NCBI GenBank assembly: GCA_963828165.1
Contig: CAWHDR010000001.1
Coordinates: 160,001 to 224,000 of the forward strand
Direction of reading: 5' to 3'
DNA from: an uncultured Chloroflexia bacterium
GTDB lineage: Bacteria > Chloroflexota > Limnocylindria > Limnocylindrales > CSP1-4
DNA: 64,000 bases
Notes under the pieces: generated by a model
What the model was told of the DNA's origin: nothing
What the model saw: only the letters and a program-made list of their open reading frames with translations
Database searches by the model: none
Made by a program: the position numbers and the translations under genes
Shown: one piece after another, positions 38,546 through 48,525 of the stretch
Position numbering within the stretch: position 1 is the stretch's first letter
How the letters are laid out: each line of letters starts with the position of its first letter

Positions 38546-39588
38546 GCCAAGTGACCGACCAGGAGCCCGCCGCGACCGTGGCCCCCGCCGCTCCCGCGAC
38601 GACGCCCGGGCGGGGCCGCGGCCTCTCGGTCCCCGAGACGGGGGCCCTGCTGGGCGTGCTCGTCATCCTGTTCCTCTACTTCTCGCTCGCGTCACCGTTC
38701 TTCCTGAACCAGGAGAACCTGGTCAACATCCTGCAGAACGTGGCGGTCGTCGGGATCATCGCCTGCCCGGCGACGTTGCTCCTCATCTCGGGGCAGTTCG
38801 ACCTGTCCGTCGGGTCCGGGGTCGGGTTCGCCGGGATGCTCATGGCCGTTACCGCCCTGGCGCCGGGTACCGGTGGGGTCGACCTGCCGTTCGCCATGAA
38901 CATGACCGTGCCGACCGCCTTCCTGGTCGCCGTCGTCGGGACCCTCTTGATCGGCGTGATCAATGCGGTCTGCGTCACCGTCATCGGCATCAACGCGCTG
39001 ATCACGACCCTGGGCACGCTGGCCATCTTCCGCGGCTTGACCAAGGTGCTCGGCGATGGCCAGACGATCCGGATCGAGAATTTCGGCCAATTGGGCGTCT
39101 TGCGGATCGCGGGCATCCCGTTGCCGGTCTACATCTTCGTCGGGGTCGTGATCATTTTCTGGCTGGCCCTGCGCTACACCGTGTACGGCCGGTCGCTGTA
39201 CGCCATCGGGGCGAGCCCGAGCGCGGCGCGCCTCGCCGGCATCCGGACGAAGCGCGTCATCGCCATCGCCTTCCTCCTCTCAGCCCTGTGTGTCGCTTTC
39301 GCGGGCCTGATCCGGCTCTCGCAGGTCGCCGGCGCGTCGGTCAACTCCGGACTCGGGATCGAGCTGTCCGTCGTGACGGCGGTGGTCCTCGGTGGAGCCA
39401 GCCTCTCGGGCGGGCGGGGCGGGATCGGCGGCACGGTCCTGGCGGTGCTCATCGTCGGCGTGCTCGCCAACGGCCTCATCCAGCTCAACGTCCCATCGTT
39501 CTGGATCGAGGTCGCCAACGGCCTGCTGCTCCTGGGAGCCGTGACCGTCGACCGCCTGCGCGTGCGACTGACGCGCGCCGACGTCTGA
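38542..39588 (+). CDS. Sugar ABC permease (RbsC-like)
   Basis: FDLSVGS, LITTLGTL, YGRSLYAIG, VVLGGASLSGGRG. Confidence 0.93.
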   Translation: MSQVTDQEPAATVAPAAPATTPGRGRGLSVPETGALLGVLVILFLYFSLASPFFLNQENLVNILQNVAVVGIIACPATLLLISGQFDLSVGSGVGFAGMLMAVTALAPGTGGVDLPFAMNMTVPTAFLVAVVGTLLIGVINAVCVTVIGINALITTLGTLAIFRGLTKVLGDGQTIRIENFGQLGVLRIAGIPLPVYIFVGVVIIFWLALRYTVYGRSLYAIGASPSAARLAGIRTKRVIAIAFLLSALCVAFAGLIRLSQVAGASVNSGLGIELSVVTAVVLGGASLSGGRGGIGGTVLAVLIVGVLANGLIQLNVPSFWIEVANGLLLLGAVTVDRLRVRLTRADV

Positions 39589-39640
39589 CCGATCCAGCCG
39601 GCCGCGGAGCCGGCCAAGCCACGCGCCGAAGGAGGAGATC

Positions 39641-40534
39641 GTGACCGAGGTCGATCGCAGCATCCCGTTCATCGACACCCACCATCACCTGTGGGAGCTG
39701 GACCGCTTTCACTACGACTGGCTCACGGACCCGGGCTGGCCCGGTCATAGCGAGCTGCTCGGCGACTACAAGATGATCCGCTCGACCATCGGCGCGCCGT
39801 GGCGTCTCTTCAAGGAGTTCTACGGCGCGAATGTCATCAAGAGCGTGCACGTCGAGGCCGCGTACGCAGGGCCCGACGCGCTCGAGGAGACGGTCTGGCT
39901 GGAGACGGTCGGCAAGGAACACGGCTTCCCACATGCCCTGGTGGTCTTCTGCGACATCGAGGCGGACGGAGCCGAAGCGAAGCTGGACCAGCACCTCGCC
40001 GCGTCGGATCGCGTGCGCGGTGTGCGCATCCGTGCGCATCCGGACGATCCGGATACGGCGGCGTTCCGGAACGGCTATGCCGCCCTCGGAAAGCGCGGGC
40101 TCTCGTACGAGCTCAACGCCTCACCGGGCAAGCTGCTGTCGGGTCGCGACGTCGCGAAGGCGCACCCCGACGTCCAGGTGATCCTCGGCCACGCCGGGTT
40201 CCCGGTCCAGCGCGATGCCGAGTACTTCGGCCAGTGGAAGTCGGAGATGACGGCCCTGGGCGAGGCGGAGAACGTGGCCTGCAAGGTGTCGGGGTTCGGG
40301 ATGGCCGAGAATCACTGGACGATCGACTCCATCCGACCGTGGGTTCTTCATTGCATCGAGGCCTTCGGACCCGAACGGATCATGTTCGGCACGAACTGGC
40401 CCGTCGACATCCTCTACGCCACGTACCTCGAGCAGACAGATGCCTATCGGCGGATCCTGGCCGATGCCGGGTTCGGTCGCACTGAGCAGGAAGGGATGCT
40501 GTATCGGAACGCCGAACGCCTGTATCGGATCTGA
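39641..40534 (+). CDS. Amidohydrolase_2 family, L-fuconolactonase-like
   Basis: IDTHHHLW, SVHVEA, ILGHAGFP, NVACKVSG, FGPERIMFGTNWPVD. Confidence 0.88.
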   Translation: MTEVDRSIPFIDTHHHLWELDRFHYDWLTDPGWPGHSELLGDYKMIRSTIGAPWRLFKEFYGANVIKSVHVEAAYAGPDALEETVWLETVGKEHGFPHALVVFCDIEADGAEAKLDQHLAASDRVRGVRIRAHPDDPDTAAFRNGYAALGKRGLSYELNASPGKLLSGRDVAKAHPDVQVILGHAGFPVQRDAEYFGQWKSEMTALGEAENVACKVSGFGMAENHWTIDSIRPWVLHCIEAFGPERIMFGTNWPVDILYATYLEQTDAYRRILADAGFGRTEQEGMLYRNAERLYRI

Positions 40535-40570
40535 GTTCCCCCGCCCCAAACCTGGAGGAGAAACTACCTG

Positions 40571-41608
40571 ATGCGTCGCACCCAATCCCTCGCGATCGTG
40601 GCCGGCCTGGTCATCCTGGTCGCCGCGTGTACCAACCCACCCGCCGCCTCGGTCGCGCCGTCCAGCGCGGCGCCGGCATCGTCGGCACCCGCGTCGGAAG
40701 CCCCGTCGTCCGCCGCGCCGACGGCCATGAAGGTCGGCTACATCTCGCTCGGCGAGGCGATCCCGTTCGTCAGCCTCGTCACCAACAGCATCAAGGAGGA
40801 GGCCGACAAGGTCCCCGGTCTCGAGATCGTCGTGTGCGACTCCGAGATCGACGCGGCCAAGGCCCTTGCCTGCGCCCAGAACCTCAAGGTGCAGGAGGTC
40901 CAGGCCGTCCTGAACTTCCAGCTCTTCGAGGACAGCTCGCCCGAGGTCTGCACGGCCTACGGTGACCTGCCGACCATCGCCATCGACATCCACCAGGCGC
41001 CGTGCGAGGTGGCCTTCATGGGCGCCGATAACACCCTTGCGGGCACCCTGGCCGGCAAGGTCGTCGGCGACGCCCTCAAGGCCGAGAACGACTGCACCTA
41101 CGAGGCCGTCGTGACGCTCGATACCAAGGGTGCCGGCGCAACGACGCTCGCCCGCATGGACGGCATGATCGCCGGGTTCGAGGAGGCGTGCGGCACCATC
41201 GACCCCGCCAAGTTCAAGAGCATCGACGTCGGCGGCACGACCGACCTGGCCCTCGAGAAGTTCGGGAACCAGCTGTCCGCGATCAAGCCGGGCGGCATCA
41301 TCGCCATCCTGAGCCTGAACGACGACATGTCGCTCGGGGCCTTCGCCGCCGCCCGCACCGCGGGTCGCGAGACGGAGCTCCGCCTCGCCGGTCAGGGCGC
41401 CGATCCGACCTCCTGGAAGGAGATCGCCTGCAACCCGCAGTGGCTCGGTGACACCGCGTACTTCCCGGAGCGGTACGGCACCATCCTGGTCCCGGCCGTG
41501 GTCGACCTGCTGAGCGGGAAGACCATCGAGAAGAACCTGTTCACCAAGCACGAGGTCGTCACCAAGGACAACATCCGGACCGTGTATCCGGAAACCCCCG
41601 CCTGCTGA
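40571..41608 (+). CDS. Sugar ABC substrate-binding lipoprotein 2 (close paralog of 35956)
   Basis: Shares CDSEIDAAKALACAQNLKVQ and the KDNIRT.YPETPAC end with SBP 1. Confidence 0.9.
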   Translation: MRRTQSLAIVAGLVILVAACTNPPAASVAPSSAAPASSAPASEAPSSAAPTAMKVGYISLGEAIPFVSLVTNSIKEEADKVPGLEIVVCDSEIDAAKALACAQNLKVQEVQAVLNFQLFEDSSPEVCTAYGDLPTIAIDIHQAPCEVAFMGADNTLAGTLAGKVVGDALKAENDCTYEAVVTLDTKGAGATTLARMDGMIAGFEEACGTIDPAKFKSIDVGGTTDLALEKFGNQLSAIKPGGIIAILSLNDDMSLGAFAAARTAGRETELRLAGQGADPTSWKEIACNPQWLGDTAYFPERYGTILVPAVVDLLSGKTIEKNLFTKHEVVTKDNIRTVYPETPAC

Positions 41609-41623
41609 CCTTCGCTTTCCCAC

Positions 41624-41659
41624 GCTCGGCCCCGCCCTTCCCCCAGGGTGGGGCCGAGC
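41624..41659 (+). terminator. GC-rich hairpin after the SBP gene (terminator or mRNA stabiliser)
   Basis: gctcggccccgccct-loop-agggtggggccgagc, 15-bp stem with one G-U pair; no U-tract. Confidence 0.55.
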
Positions 41660-41681
41660 CATTCCACCCAGGGAGACACCG

Positions 41682-42398
41682 ATGACCGAGTCGCGGGTCG
41701 CGCTCGTGACTGGTAGCGCGCGTGGCATGGGCCGCGCGATGGGCGAGGTGCTCACCGCGTCCGGCCACCGTGTGGTGGGCCTGGATCGCCTGGAGCAGGA
41801 TCCCGGGCCGCTCCATCGAACCGTCGTCGCGGACCTCGCGGATCCGTCCGTCCCGGGCAGGGTGGTCGCGGACATCCTCGCGACCGAGGGTCGCCTCGAC
41901 GTGCTCGTCCACAACGCCGCGGTGCTCGTCCATCAACACCCGCTCGCCGAGGTCACGTTCGAGGACTACGACCTCCAGACCTCGGTCAACCTGCGCGCCG
42001 TGTTCTTCCTGTCGCAGGCCGCGGCCGAGGCGATGCGCCCCAACGGTTTCGGGCGGATCATCGCGATCTCCAGCGTCGGTGCGCGGACCGGCGGGATGTC
42101 CAACTCGGCGATCTACGCCTCGACGAAGGCCGGCGTCATCAGCCTCATGAAGAACTTTGCCCGGAACTACGGCCGCCACGGGATAACGGCGAACGCCGTC
42201 GCGCCCGGCGCGGTCGAAGGGTTCATGACCGAGCACCTGACCGCGGCCGAACGTGAGACGTTCACCGGGCTCGTGCCCCTGGGCCGCTTCGCCGACCCGA
42301 TCGAAGTCGCCCATGTCGTCGACTTCCTCGCCTCGGACCGAGCGAGCTTCGTCAACGGCGCCACCATCGACGTCAATGGCGGCTGGGTCATGGCGTGA
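41682..42398 (+). CDS. Short-chain dehydrogenase/reductase
   Basis: TGSARGMG, HNAA, YASTK, NAVAPG. Confidence 0.92.
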   Translation: MTESRVALVTGSARGMGRAMGEVLTASGHRVVGLDRLEQDPGPLHRTVVADLADPSVPGRVVADILATEGRLDVLVHNAAVLVHQHPLAEVTFEDYDLQTSVNLRAVFFLSQAAAEAMRPNGFGRIIAISSVGARTGGMSNSAIYASTKAGVISLMKNFARNYGRHGITANAVAPGAVEGFMTEHLTAAERETFTGLVPLGRFADPIEVAHVVDFLASDRASFVNGATIDVNGGWVMA

Positions 42399-43466
42399 GC
42401 GACGAGCGCAAGCTCCGCCTCGGGGTCGTCGGCGCGGGGGCCTGGGCGTCCTTCGCACACATCCCGGGATTCCTTCGCCGCCCGGAGATCGAGCCGTGGG
42501 TCGTCAATCGCCGGGACCCGGAGGCGCTAGCCGCGATCCGCTCCCGATTCGGATTCGCCCACGCCACCACGGACTGGCGCGAGGTGATCGACCTTCGGCC
42601 TGACATCGTGGCGCTGACCGGCCCCGGTGCGCTTCGGGCGGAGCAGGCCAAGGCCGCACTCGAGGCGGGAATCCACGTCCTCGCCGAGAAACCATTCACC
42701 ATCGATCCGGCGGACGCCTGGGCGATCGACCGCCTTGCCCGTGACCGCGGCCTCCATGTCGTCCTCTGCTACGCCTGGAACGAGATGGGCATCACCGAGC
42801 ACGCGCGCCGGCTCATCGAGGGCCCGGACGGGATCGGCGAGGTGGAGCACGTGATGGTGGAGATGGCCACGATCGTGCGCGACCTCCTGACCGAGGGCAC
42901 CACCTACCTCGGCGATGCGGACGTGTCGCTTCCGCGTGGGGAGACCTGGTCCGACCCGGCGATCTCCGGGGGAGGCTACGGTCAGGGCCAGCTCACCCAC
43001 GCCCTCGGGTTGGTGATGCGCCTCGTCCCGGACCTCCGCGCCACGGACGTCGCGGCGTTCACGGCGGGCCCCGGCGCAGCGGTCGAGCTCCACGACGCGC
43101 TCGCCATCCGCTTCGAGGGCGGGGCGATCGGCTCGGTCGGGGGCGCGTCGCTGCCCCTCGGTTCGTTCGGCAACCAGCACCAGCTCCAGATCCGCATCAC
43201 CGGTCGGCGCGGCCAGGTGCTGCTCGACATGGCGATGTCCCGGGTCGCGCGCTCGATGGGCGGGGTCGATCTCGAGGTCGCAGCTGTCCGACGAGGACGT
43301 GCGCTGGTCGTTCGACCGCGTGACGGACCGGATGGTCGACCTGGCTCTCGGGCGCACGACCGACAACCCCTCGCCGGCATCGCTCGGGGCGCGTGTCGTC
43401 GATATCCTCGACGGCATGTATCGGAGCGCTGCCTCTGGCCGGATCGAGCCGGTCAGCCGGGGCTGA
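42395..43466 (+). CDS. Gfo/Idh/MocA oxidoreductase with a frameshift near 43280
   Basis: GVVGAGAWA, LAEKP, GGGYGQGQLTH; the C-terminus QLSDEDVRWSFDRVTDRMVDLALG...LGARVVDILDGMYRSAASG lies in another frame ending TGA 43464-66. Confidence 0.85.
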
Positions 43467-44628
43467 CCCCCGCTGGCGGCTCGGTGACGAGCGGCTGGAT
43501 CGGCATCCGCACGCCGGCCCGGACCACCTCGACGGGGGCGAGCCGCTGCCGGGCCTTGCGGACCTCGCCCGCCGAGTCGACGAGGTCGAACCGGCCCTCC
43601 TCCAGGCGCAGGATCGTGACGTCGGCCTCAGACCCGACGGCCAGCGTGCCGATCCGGTCGGACATCCCGAGGGTCGCCGCCGGCGCGGTGGTGACCATGG
43701 CGATGACGTCGTCGAGGGAGAGCCCGAGGATGAGGAACTTCGACATCGTCGTCGCGAGGTCGCGGACCGGACCGGCGATGTTGAAGCGATGGAGGTCCGT
43801 GCTGATCGAGTCCGGAGGGAAGCCGTTCGCCAGGGCCGCCTCGGCAACGCTCCAGCTGAAGCTGCCGCCGCCGTGACCGACATCGAACCGGACGCCCCGG
43901 GCGCGGGCCTCTCGGGCGGCCGCCACGACCCGCCCGTCGTCGCCCAGGATCGTGCCCGGACGCCAGCCGGTGAACGAATGCGTCACGACGTCGCCCGGAC
44001 GAAGGCGATCGACGACCTCGTCGAGCCCGAACGGCGTGCCGCCGATATGGACCATCACCGGTAACGAGGTGGCCTCCCCCGCCTCGAGCGCGCGCTCCAA
44101 CCCCGCGATCCCGTTCGATCCCGACAGCGTCTCCGACACGCGGACCTTGAACCCGACGATCAGGTCGCGGTTGGCCTCGGCGACGGCGATCGCCCGCCCC
44201 GGGTCGACGAAGCGGAGGTCGTGGAGCTCCCCGAGATGCGTGTCGATCTGGCCGGTCGCGCCGATGTTCAGGAACGCCAGGACGCGGCAGCGCGAGGGTT
44301 CCGCTGCGATCTTGCGAAACCCCGCGAACGTGTTCGCTCCGGCCGAGCCTCCATCCACGACGGTCGTCACGCCGCGACCGAGACACGCCCGATCGGCCTC
44401 GACCGAGAGGTCCGCGACACCGGGGTAGACGTGGACGTGGAGATCGATGAGACCGGGCACGACCAGCAGACCCGACGCGTCGATGACATCGGCCACGCCG
44501 GCGGGCACGACGTCCGGTCCGACTGCGGCGATCCGTCCGGACTCGATCAGGATGTCGCCGGTGTCGTGTCGACCGCTGGCCGGATCGATCACCGTGCCGC
44601 CGACGATGTGCAGCGCGTCGCTCGTCAC
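43453..44628 (-). CDS. Dihydroorotase-like amidohydrolase/deacetylase
   Basis: PGLIDLHVH, GVTTVVDGGSAG, VGFKVR, VMVHIG, DVVTH, FDVGHG, ISTDLH. Confidence 0.9.
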   Translation of the reverse strand: MTSDALHIVGGTVIDPASGRHDTGDILIESGRIAAVGPDVVPAGVADVIDASGLLVVPGLIDLHVHVYPGVADLSVEADRACLGRGVTTVVDGGSAGANTFAGFRKIAAEPSRCRVLAFLNIGATGQIDTHLGELHDLRFVDPGRAIAVAEANRDLIVGFKVRVSETLSGSNGIAGLERALEAGEATSLPVMVHIGGTPFGLDEVVDRLRPGDVVTHSFTGWRPGTILGDDGRVVAAAREARARGVRFDVGHGGGSFSWSVAEAALANGFPPDSISTDLHRFNIAGPVRDLATTMSKFLILGLSLDDVIAMVTTAPAATLGMSDRIGTLAVGSEADVTILRLEEGRFDLVDSAGEVRKARQRLAPVEVVRAGVRMPIQPLVTEPPAGVSPG

Positions 44629-44650
44629 GGGCACACCGTCCCAAGCCGGG

Positions 44651-45698
44651 TCATCCGGCCGCGACCGCAAGAAGCCGCGCCGGGTTGTGCACCAGCATGG
44701 CGTCGATGGCCGCCTCGTCGACGCCGAGGTCGCGCAGGAGGGGCACGATGTGTTCCAGGAGATGCGCGTAGCCCCAGCTCCCCCACCGGCGGAGGCGAGT
44801 CCGGACACCGATGTCCTGGCCGAGCACGATCCGGTCCGCGTAGCCATCGTTGACCAGCGCTGCGACGACGGTTGCCACGTCCCGGTCCGACGGTGGCCAC
44901 CGGCCCGGACCCAGCAGCGAATGGTCGAAGCCGAAGAGGTCGAACCCGAGCGTCGAGCCTCGATCGGCCAGGGCGCGCAGGCCGTCAGGCTGGTCGATGG
45001 CCGTGTTGCAGTGCCCCAGGATCACCCGCGTCGGGTCGGCTCCGGCGGCGGTCAGGGTGTCGAGGACGGACCGGCCTTCGTGCCCCCAGGGATGGAGGTG
45101 GACCGAGATCGCCAGGCCGCTGGCGGCGGCAGCGGCAGCCACCCCCTGCAGGAAGCCGGTCTCGGCGGGCTGGACCGGATCCGACGTCCCGATCTCGCCG
45201 AGGATGCCGGGCCGGATCCCCGTCTCGCCGATGCCCGCGTCCACCGTTCGGAGCAGGCGCGTCGTGATCTCGTCGACGCTCGACGTCGCGACCCACGACT
45301 CATGGACCGGGCCGAGGTACTGTCCGGTGCCGATCACCACGTGCAGTCCGGAGCGCTCGGCGATCTCGAGGACCCGCCGGGCGTCCTGGCCAAGGGACGG
45401 CGGGGTCAGCTCGACGACCGTGCCGCCACCGGCTCGGGCGAACGGGGCCAGCTCCTCGACCACGGCGTCGACATCGGTCAGGCGGTAGTTGTCCGTGTGG
45501 ACGCCCGGGTTCCAGCGGGCTTCGGCGGCAGTTCGCGGCGTCCCACCGGCCGGCGGCGGTCGTCTCGTAGCCATGGACCGCGAGAAGTGGCGTCGAATCC
45601 ATCCACAGGTGCTCGTGCATCGTCGTGATCCCGAGCTGCTTCGGGTCGACCGGCCCTCGGACCGTTCGGACCATGCCCTCCGGCCCGACCGCGCTCAT
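44651..45698 (-). CDS. Phosphotriesterase-related amidohydrolase 3 with a frameshift near 45535
   Basis: VRTVRGPV...TTMHEHL in ORF 45300..45698; GILGEIG, SVH, LGHCN, LGQD in ORF 44651..45574. Confidence 0.85.
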
Positions 45699-46804
45699 CG
45701 GAATTCGACCGTCTCGGTGAGCTCCGTCTCGGTGACGCCGGCCAGCGACAGGACGAGGCGGACCTCGTGCGATCCGGCCGGCACGTCATCCGGCAGGCGG
45801 ACTTCGGCCGTCTGCTGGCGGCGGATGTAGAACCCGCGCTCCGGGCCGAGCTCGGACGCCCGCACGCCAACGCCGGTCTCCCCGACCGTCGGGTTGACCA
45901 GCTCGAGCGAGGCACTCGGGATCGAGGCGCCGTCGAGCTGCAACGACAGGCCGGACAGGTAGCGCGACACGGGTCCCGGGTTGGTGAGCAGGAGGGCCGC
46001 CGTCGAGGTGGCACCGCCGGGCAACCCGGCACGACCCGCCAGCAGGAGCCGTTCCGGCCAGTAGCGCTCCACGAACGTGCGCAGGTCCGCGAACGGATCG
46101 AGCGGCTCGCCCCGCAGGACCGCGGCCGCGCGTTCGGCCAGGAGGCCCGCGGCTGCGTCGATCTGCGCCGCGCCCCGTGCCGCGTCCACGGTGAAGCGCG
46201 GGTTCGGCCCGTAGACGCCGACCCGCGTCGCGGCCGGATCGTCGGGCAACCGATCAACGTCCACGAGGTGCGGGGCAAGCGCCGCGACCCACGAGGTCTC
46301 CATCGTCGAACCGTGGTCCACCGCGACCGGCCAAGCCGTCCCGAGCCCGGTCCCGAGGGCGGCGTTCAACTCCAGGTAGCAGAGCCCCATCGCCTGCAGT
46401 CCGGAGCCATCGGCCGAGGCCTCAGCGCACACCCGCTTGATCACGTGGTTCAGGTCGAGGGGGCCGTGGCCGGTGTGGACCACCGCGAGCCGGACGCCGT
46501 ACGCGGGCAACTGGCGGAGGGTCTGGCGCAACGCCTCCTCGACCAGCCCTGGGTCGTACCGGAACGACCAGGGAAGGGCCAGGGTTCCCATCGTGAGATA
46601 CGACCACGGCAGGACGACCCCACCGATCCGCTCGGCCGCCGCCACGAGCAGGCCATGACCGGTCAGCCCGTCCGTGCCGTTGGGCAGGTGGTCGGCGTGG
46701 AATTCCAGGGCGCCAAGCGGGATCCAGGCGATCGGCGCCCGGTCGAGCGCGGCGTCGATCCCGTCCGGTCGCAGGCGCTCGAGCCGGACCTCGGGCGTGG
46801 TCAT
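45695..46804 (-). CDS. Creatininase family amidohydrolase with a C-terminal beta-rich extension
   Basis: PLGALEFHADHLPNGTD, HTGHG, DHGSTMETS; about 90 extra C-terminal residues. Confidence 0.85.
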   Translation of the reverse strand: MTTPEVRLERLRPDGIDAALDRAPIAWIPLGALEFHADHLPNGTDGLTGHGLLVAAAERIGGVVLPWSYLTMGTLALPWSFRYDPGLVEEALRQTLRQLPAYGVRLAVVHTGHGPLDLNHVIKRVCAEASADGSGLQAMGLCYLELNAALGTGLGTAWPVAVDHGSTMETSWVAALAPHLVDVDRLPDDPAATRVGVYGPNPRFTVDAARGAAQIDAAAGLLAERAAAVLRGEPLDPFADLRTFVERYWPERLLLAGRAGLPGGATSTAALLLTNPGPVSRYLSGLSLQLDGASIPSASLELVNPTVGETGVGVRASELGPERGFYIRRQQTAEVRLPDDVPAGSHEVRLVLSLAGVTETELTETVEFR

Positions 46805-46818
46805 CGCAGCGTCCTCGT

Positions 46819-47529
46819 TCAGTCGATCAGGAATCCGCCGTTGATGTCCGTGACTTCGCCGGTGATGTAGCCAGCGTGCTCCGAGGCGAGGAAGGCGACG
46901 AGCGATGCGACCTCGTCGACCGTCCCGAACCGACCGACCGGGATCCGGCTGACGAGGTCACGCGTGTTCGCGATCATCGGCGTGTCGATGAGCGCCGGTG
47001 CCAGGGCGTTGGCCGTGATGCCGAACTTGGCGTATTCGTTGGCGATCGACTTCATGAGGGTCATGACCCCGGCCTTGCTCGCGGCGTACGCGGCGACACT
47101 CCGAGCCCCGCCGGCCTTGCCCGCGCTGGACCCGATCCCGACGATCCGCCCGTACCCGGCCTCGCGCATCGCCGGCAGCGCTCGCCGAGCGGCGAGGAAC
47201 GCGCCGGTCAGGTTGATCGCCATCGTGCGGTCCCAAAGCTCGCGCGTCGTCTCCTCGAACGGCACGATCGGGAAGATCCCGGCGTTGAGGACGAGCACCG
47301 AGACCGGGCCGAGCTCCGTCTCGACCCGATCGAACGCCGCGTCGATGGCGGCTTCGTCGCTGACATCGCAGGCGATCCCGAGGATCCCCGGGTGCCCCGG
47401 TGCCTCGAGGTCGAGCGCCGCCACCTTCGCGCCGTTGCCCTGCAGGACTTCGGCGATGCGCTGGCCGATGCCCCGGCCCGCCCCCGTGACGACGGCCACC
47501 CGGCCGGACAGTCCCTCGACCTGGATCAT
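46819..47529 (-). CDS. Short-chain dehydrogenase/reductase
   Basis: TGAGRGIG, LNAG, YAASK, NALAPA. Confidence 0.92.
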   Translation of the reverse strand: MIQVEGLSGRVAVVTGAGRGIGQRIAEVLQGNGAKVAALDLEAPGHPGILGIACDVSDEAAIDAAFDRVETELGPVSVLVLNAGIFPIVPFEETTRELWDRTMAINLTGAFLAARRALPAMREAGYGRIVGIGSSAGKAGGARSVAAYAASKAGVMTLMKSIANEYAKFGITANALAPALIDTPMIANTRDLVSRIPVGRFGTVDEVASLVAFLASEHAGYITGEVTDINGGFLID

Positions 47530-47627
47530 CGCTGCGCTCCTCGTGTAGCGGGCCGTGCAGGGCGGGCTGGTGACGTTTCCAGTGAGCCGCTAGCATAGGT
47601 CATCACGCGTCGAAGCGAGGGGCCGCA

Positions 47628-48500
47628 GTGCAGATCGGGATCGATAGCTACTCCTATCACCGGCGCTACGGCGAGGCCCGGGTCGGCGAGGCGTCCTCGT
47701 CGTTCGCGCCGTGGCCACTCGAGCCGGAACCGGTCCTGCGCCACGCCCGATCGACCGGCGCCGACATCGTCTTCCTCGAGACCTGCTACCTCCCGGACCC
47801 CGAACGGATCGACGCGGCCATGCTGGCCCCGGCCGGTCCGACACGGGTGGGCTTCTCGTGGGGTCACCCATGGCCGTCGGGCCGGTTCCACGGCCTCGAC
47901 GGCGGCCGCTACTACGGCGCGGAGCTGGAGTTGCGCCGCTGGGTCGACGCCGCGTCCCGCCTCGGCCAGGAGGTCCTGCGCATCACCGGCGGCAGCCCCG
48001 CCTCGCGCGGTGACGAACCGGCCGACGTGCTGGTCGAGCGGCTCGTGGGCCCGGTCCGTCGCGCCGTCGCCTATGCAGCCGACCACGGCGTCCGCCTGGC
48101 CATCGAGAACCACGGTGACCTCCGCGTCCGGGACATCCTGGCCCTGATCGACGCCGTGGCGGCGACCGGTGTGCTCGGCGTCTGCCTCGACAACGTCAAT
48201 CTCGTCCGGGTCGGAGACGACATGGCCGATGGCACCCGCGCCCTTGCGCCGCACACGCTGCTGGTCCAGTTGAAGGATCACGTGGCCGGCGATCCGACGA
48301 TCAGCGGCGGCCCGGTCTGCACCGCTCTCGGCGAGGGCATCGCGGACCTCGATGGGCTCATCGGGATCCTGGCCGACGCCGGGTTCGATGGTCCGGTGTG
48401 CGTCGAGCTGGCATCGCTAGGCCCGTCGGACGTCGACGAGCTCGCGTTGATCGAGCGCAGCGTGGCGTGGCTGCGAGGCCGTCTGGGGCCGGGGCGATGA
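47628..48500 (+). CDS. Sugar phosphate isomerase/epimerase (xylose-isomerase-like TIM barrel)
   Basis: LAIENHGD, CLDNVN, QLKD, LGEG, CVE. Confidence 0.85.
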   Translation: MQIGIDSYSYHRRYGEARVGEASSSFAPWPLEPEPVLRHARSTGADIVFLETCYLPDPERIDAAMLAPAGPTRVGFSWGHPWPSGRFHGLDGGRYYGAELELRRWVDAASRLGQEVLRITGGSPASRGDEPADVLVERLVGPVRRAVAYAADHGVRLAIENHGDLRVRDILALIDAVAATGVLGVCLDNVNLVRVGDDMADGTRALAPHTLLVQLKDHVAGDPTISGGPVCTALGEGIADLDGLIGILADAGFDGPVCVELASLGPSDVDELALIERSVAWLRGRLGPGR

Positions 48501-48525
48501 GGCTCGCCGGTCGGTCGGGCCGGGA

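Noticed and set aside
43467-43876. C-terminal extension of the Gfo ORF (493 aa in the track)
   Set aside because: Result of the frameshift near 43280; it overlaps the convergent amidohydrolase, and the real C-terminus is in another frame
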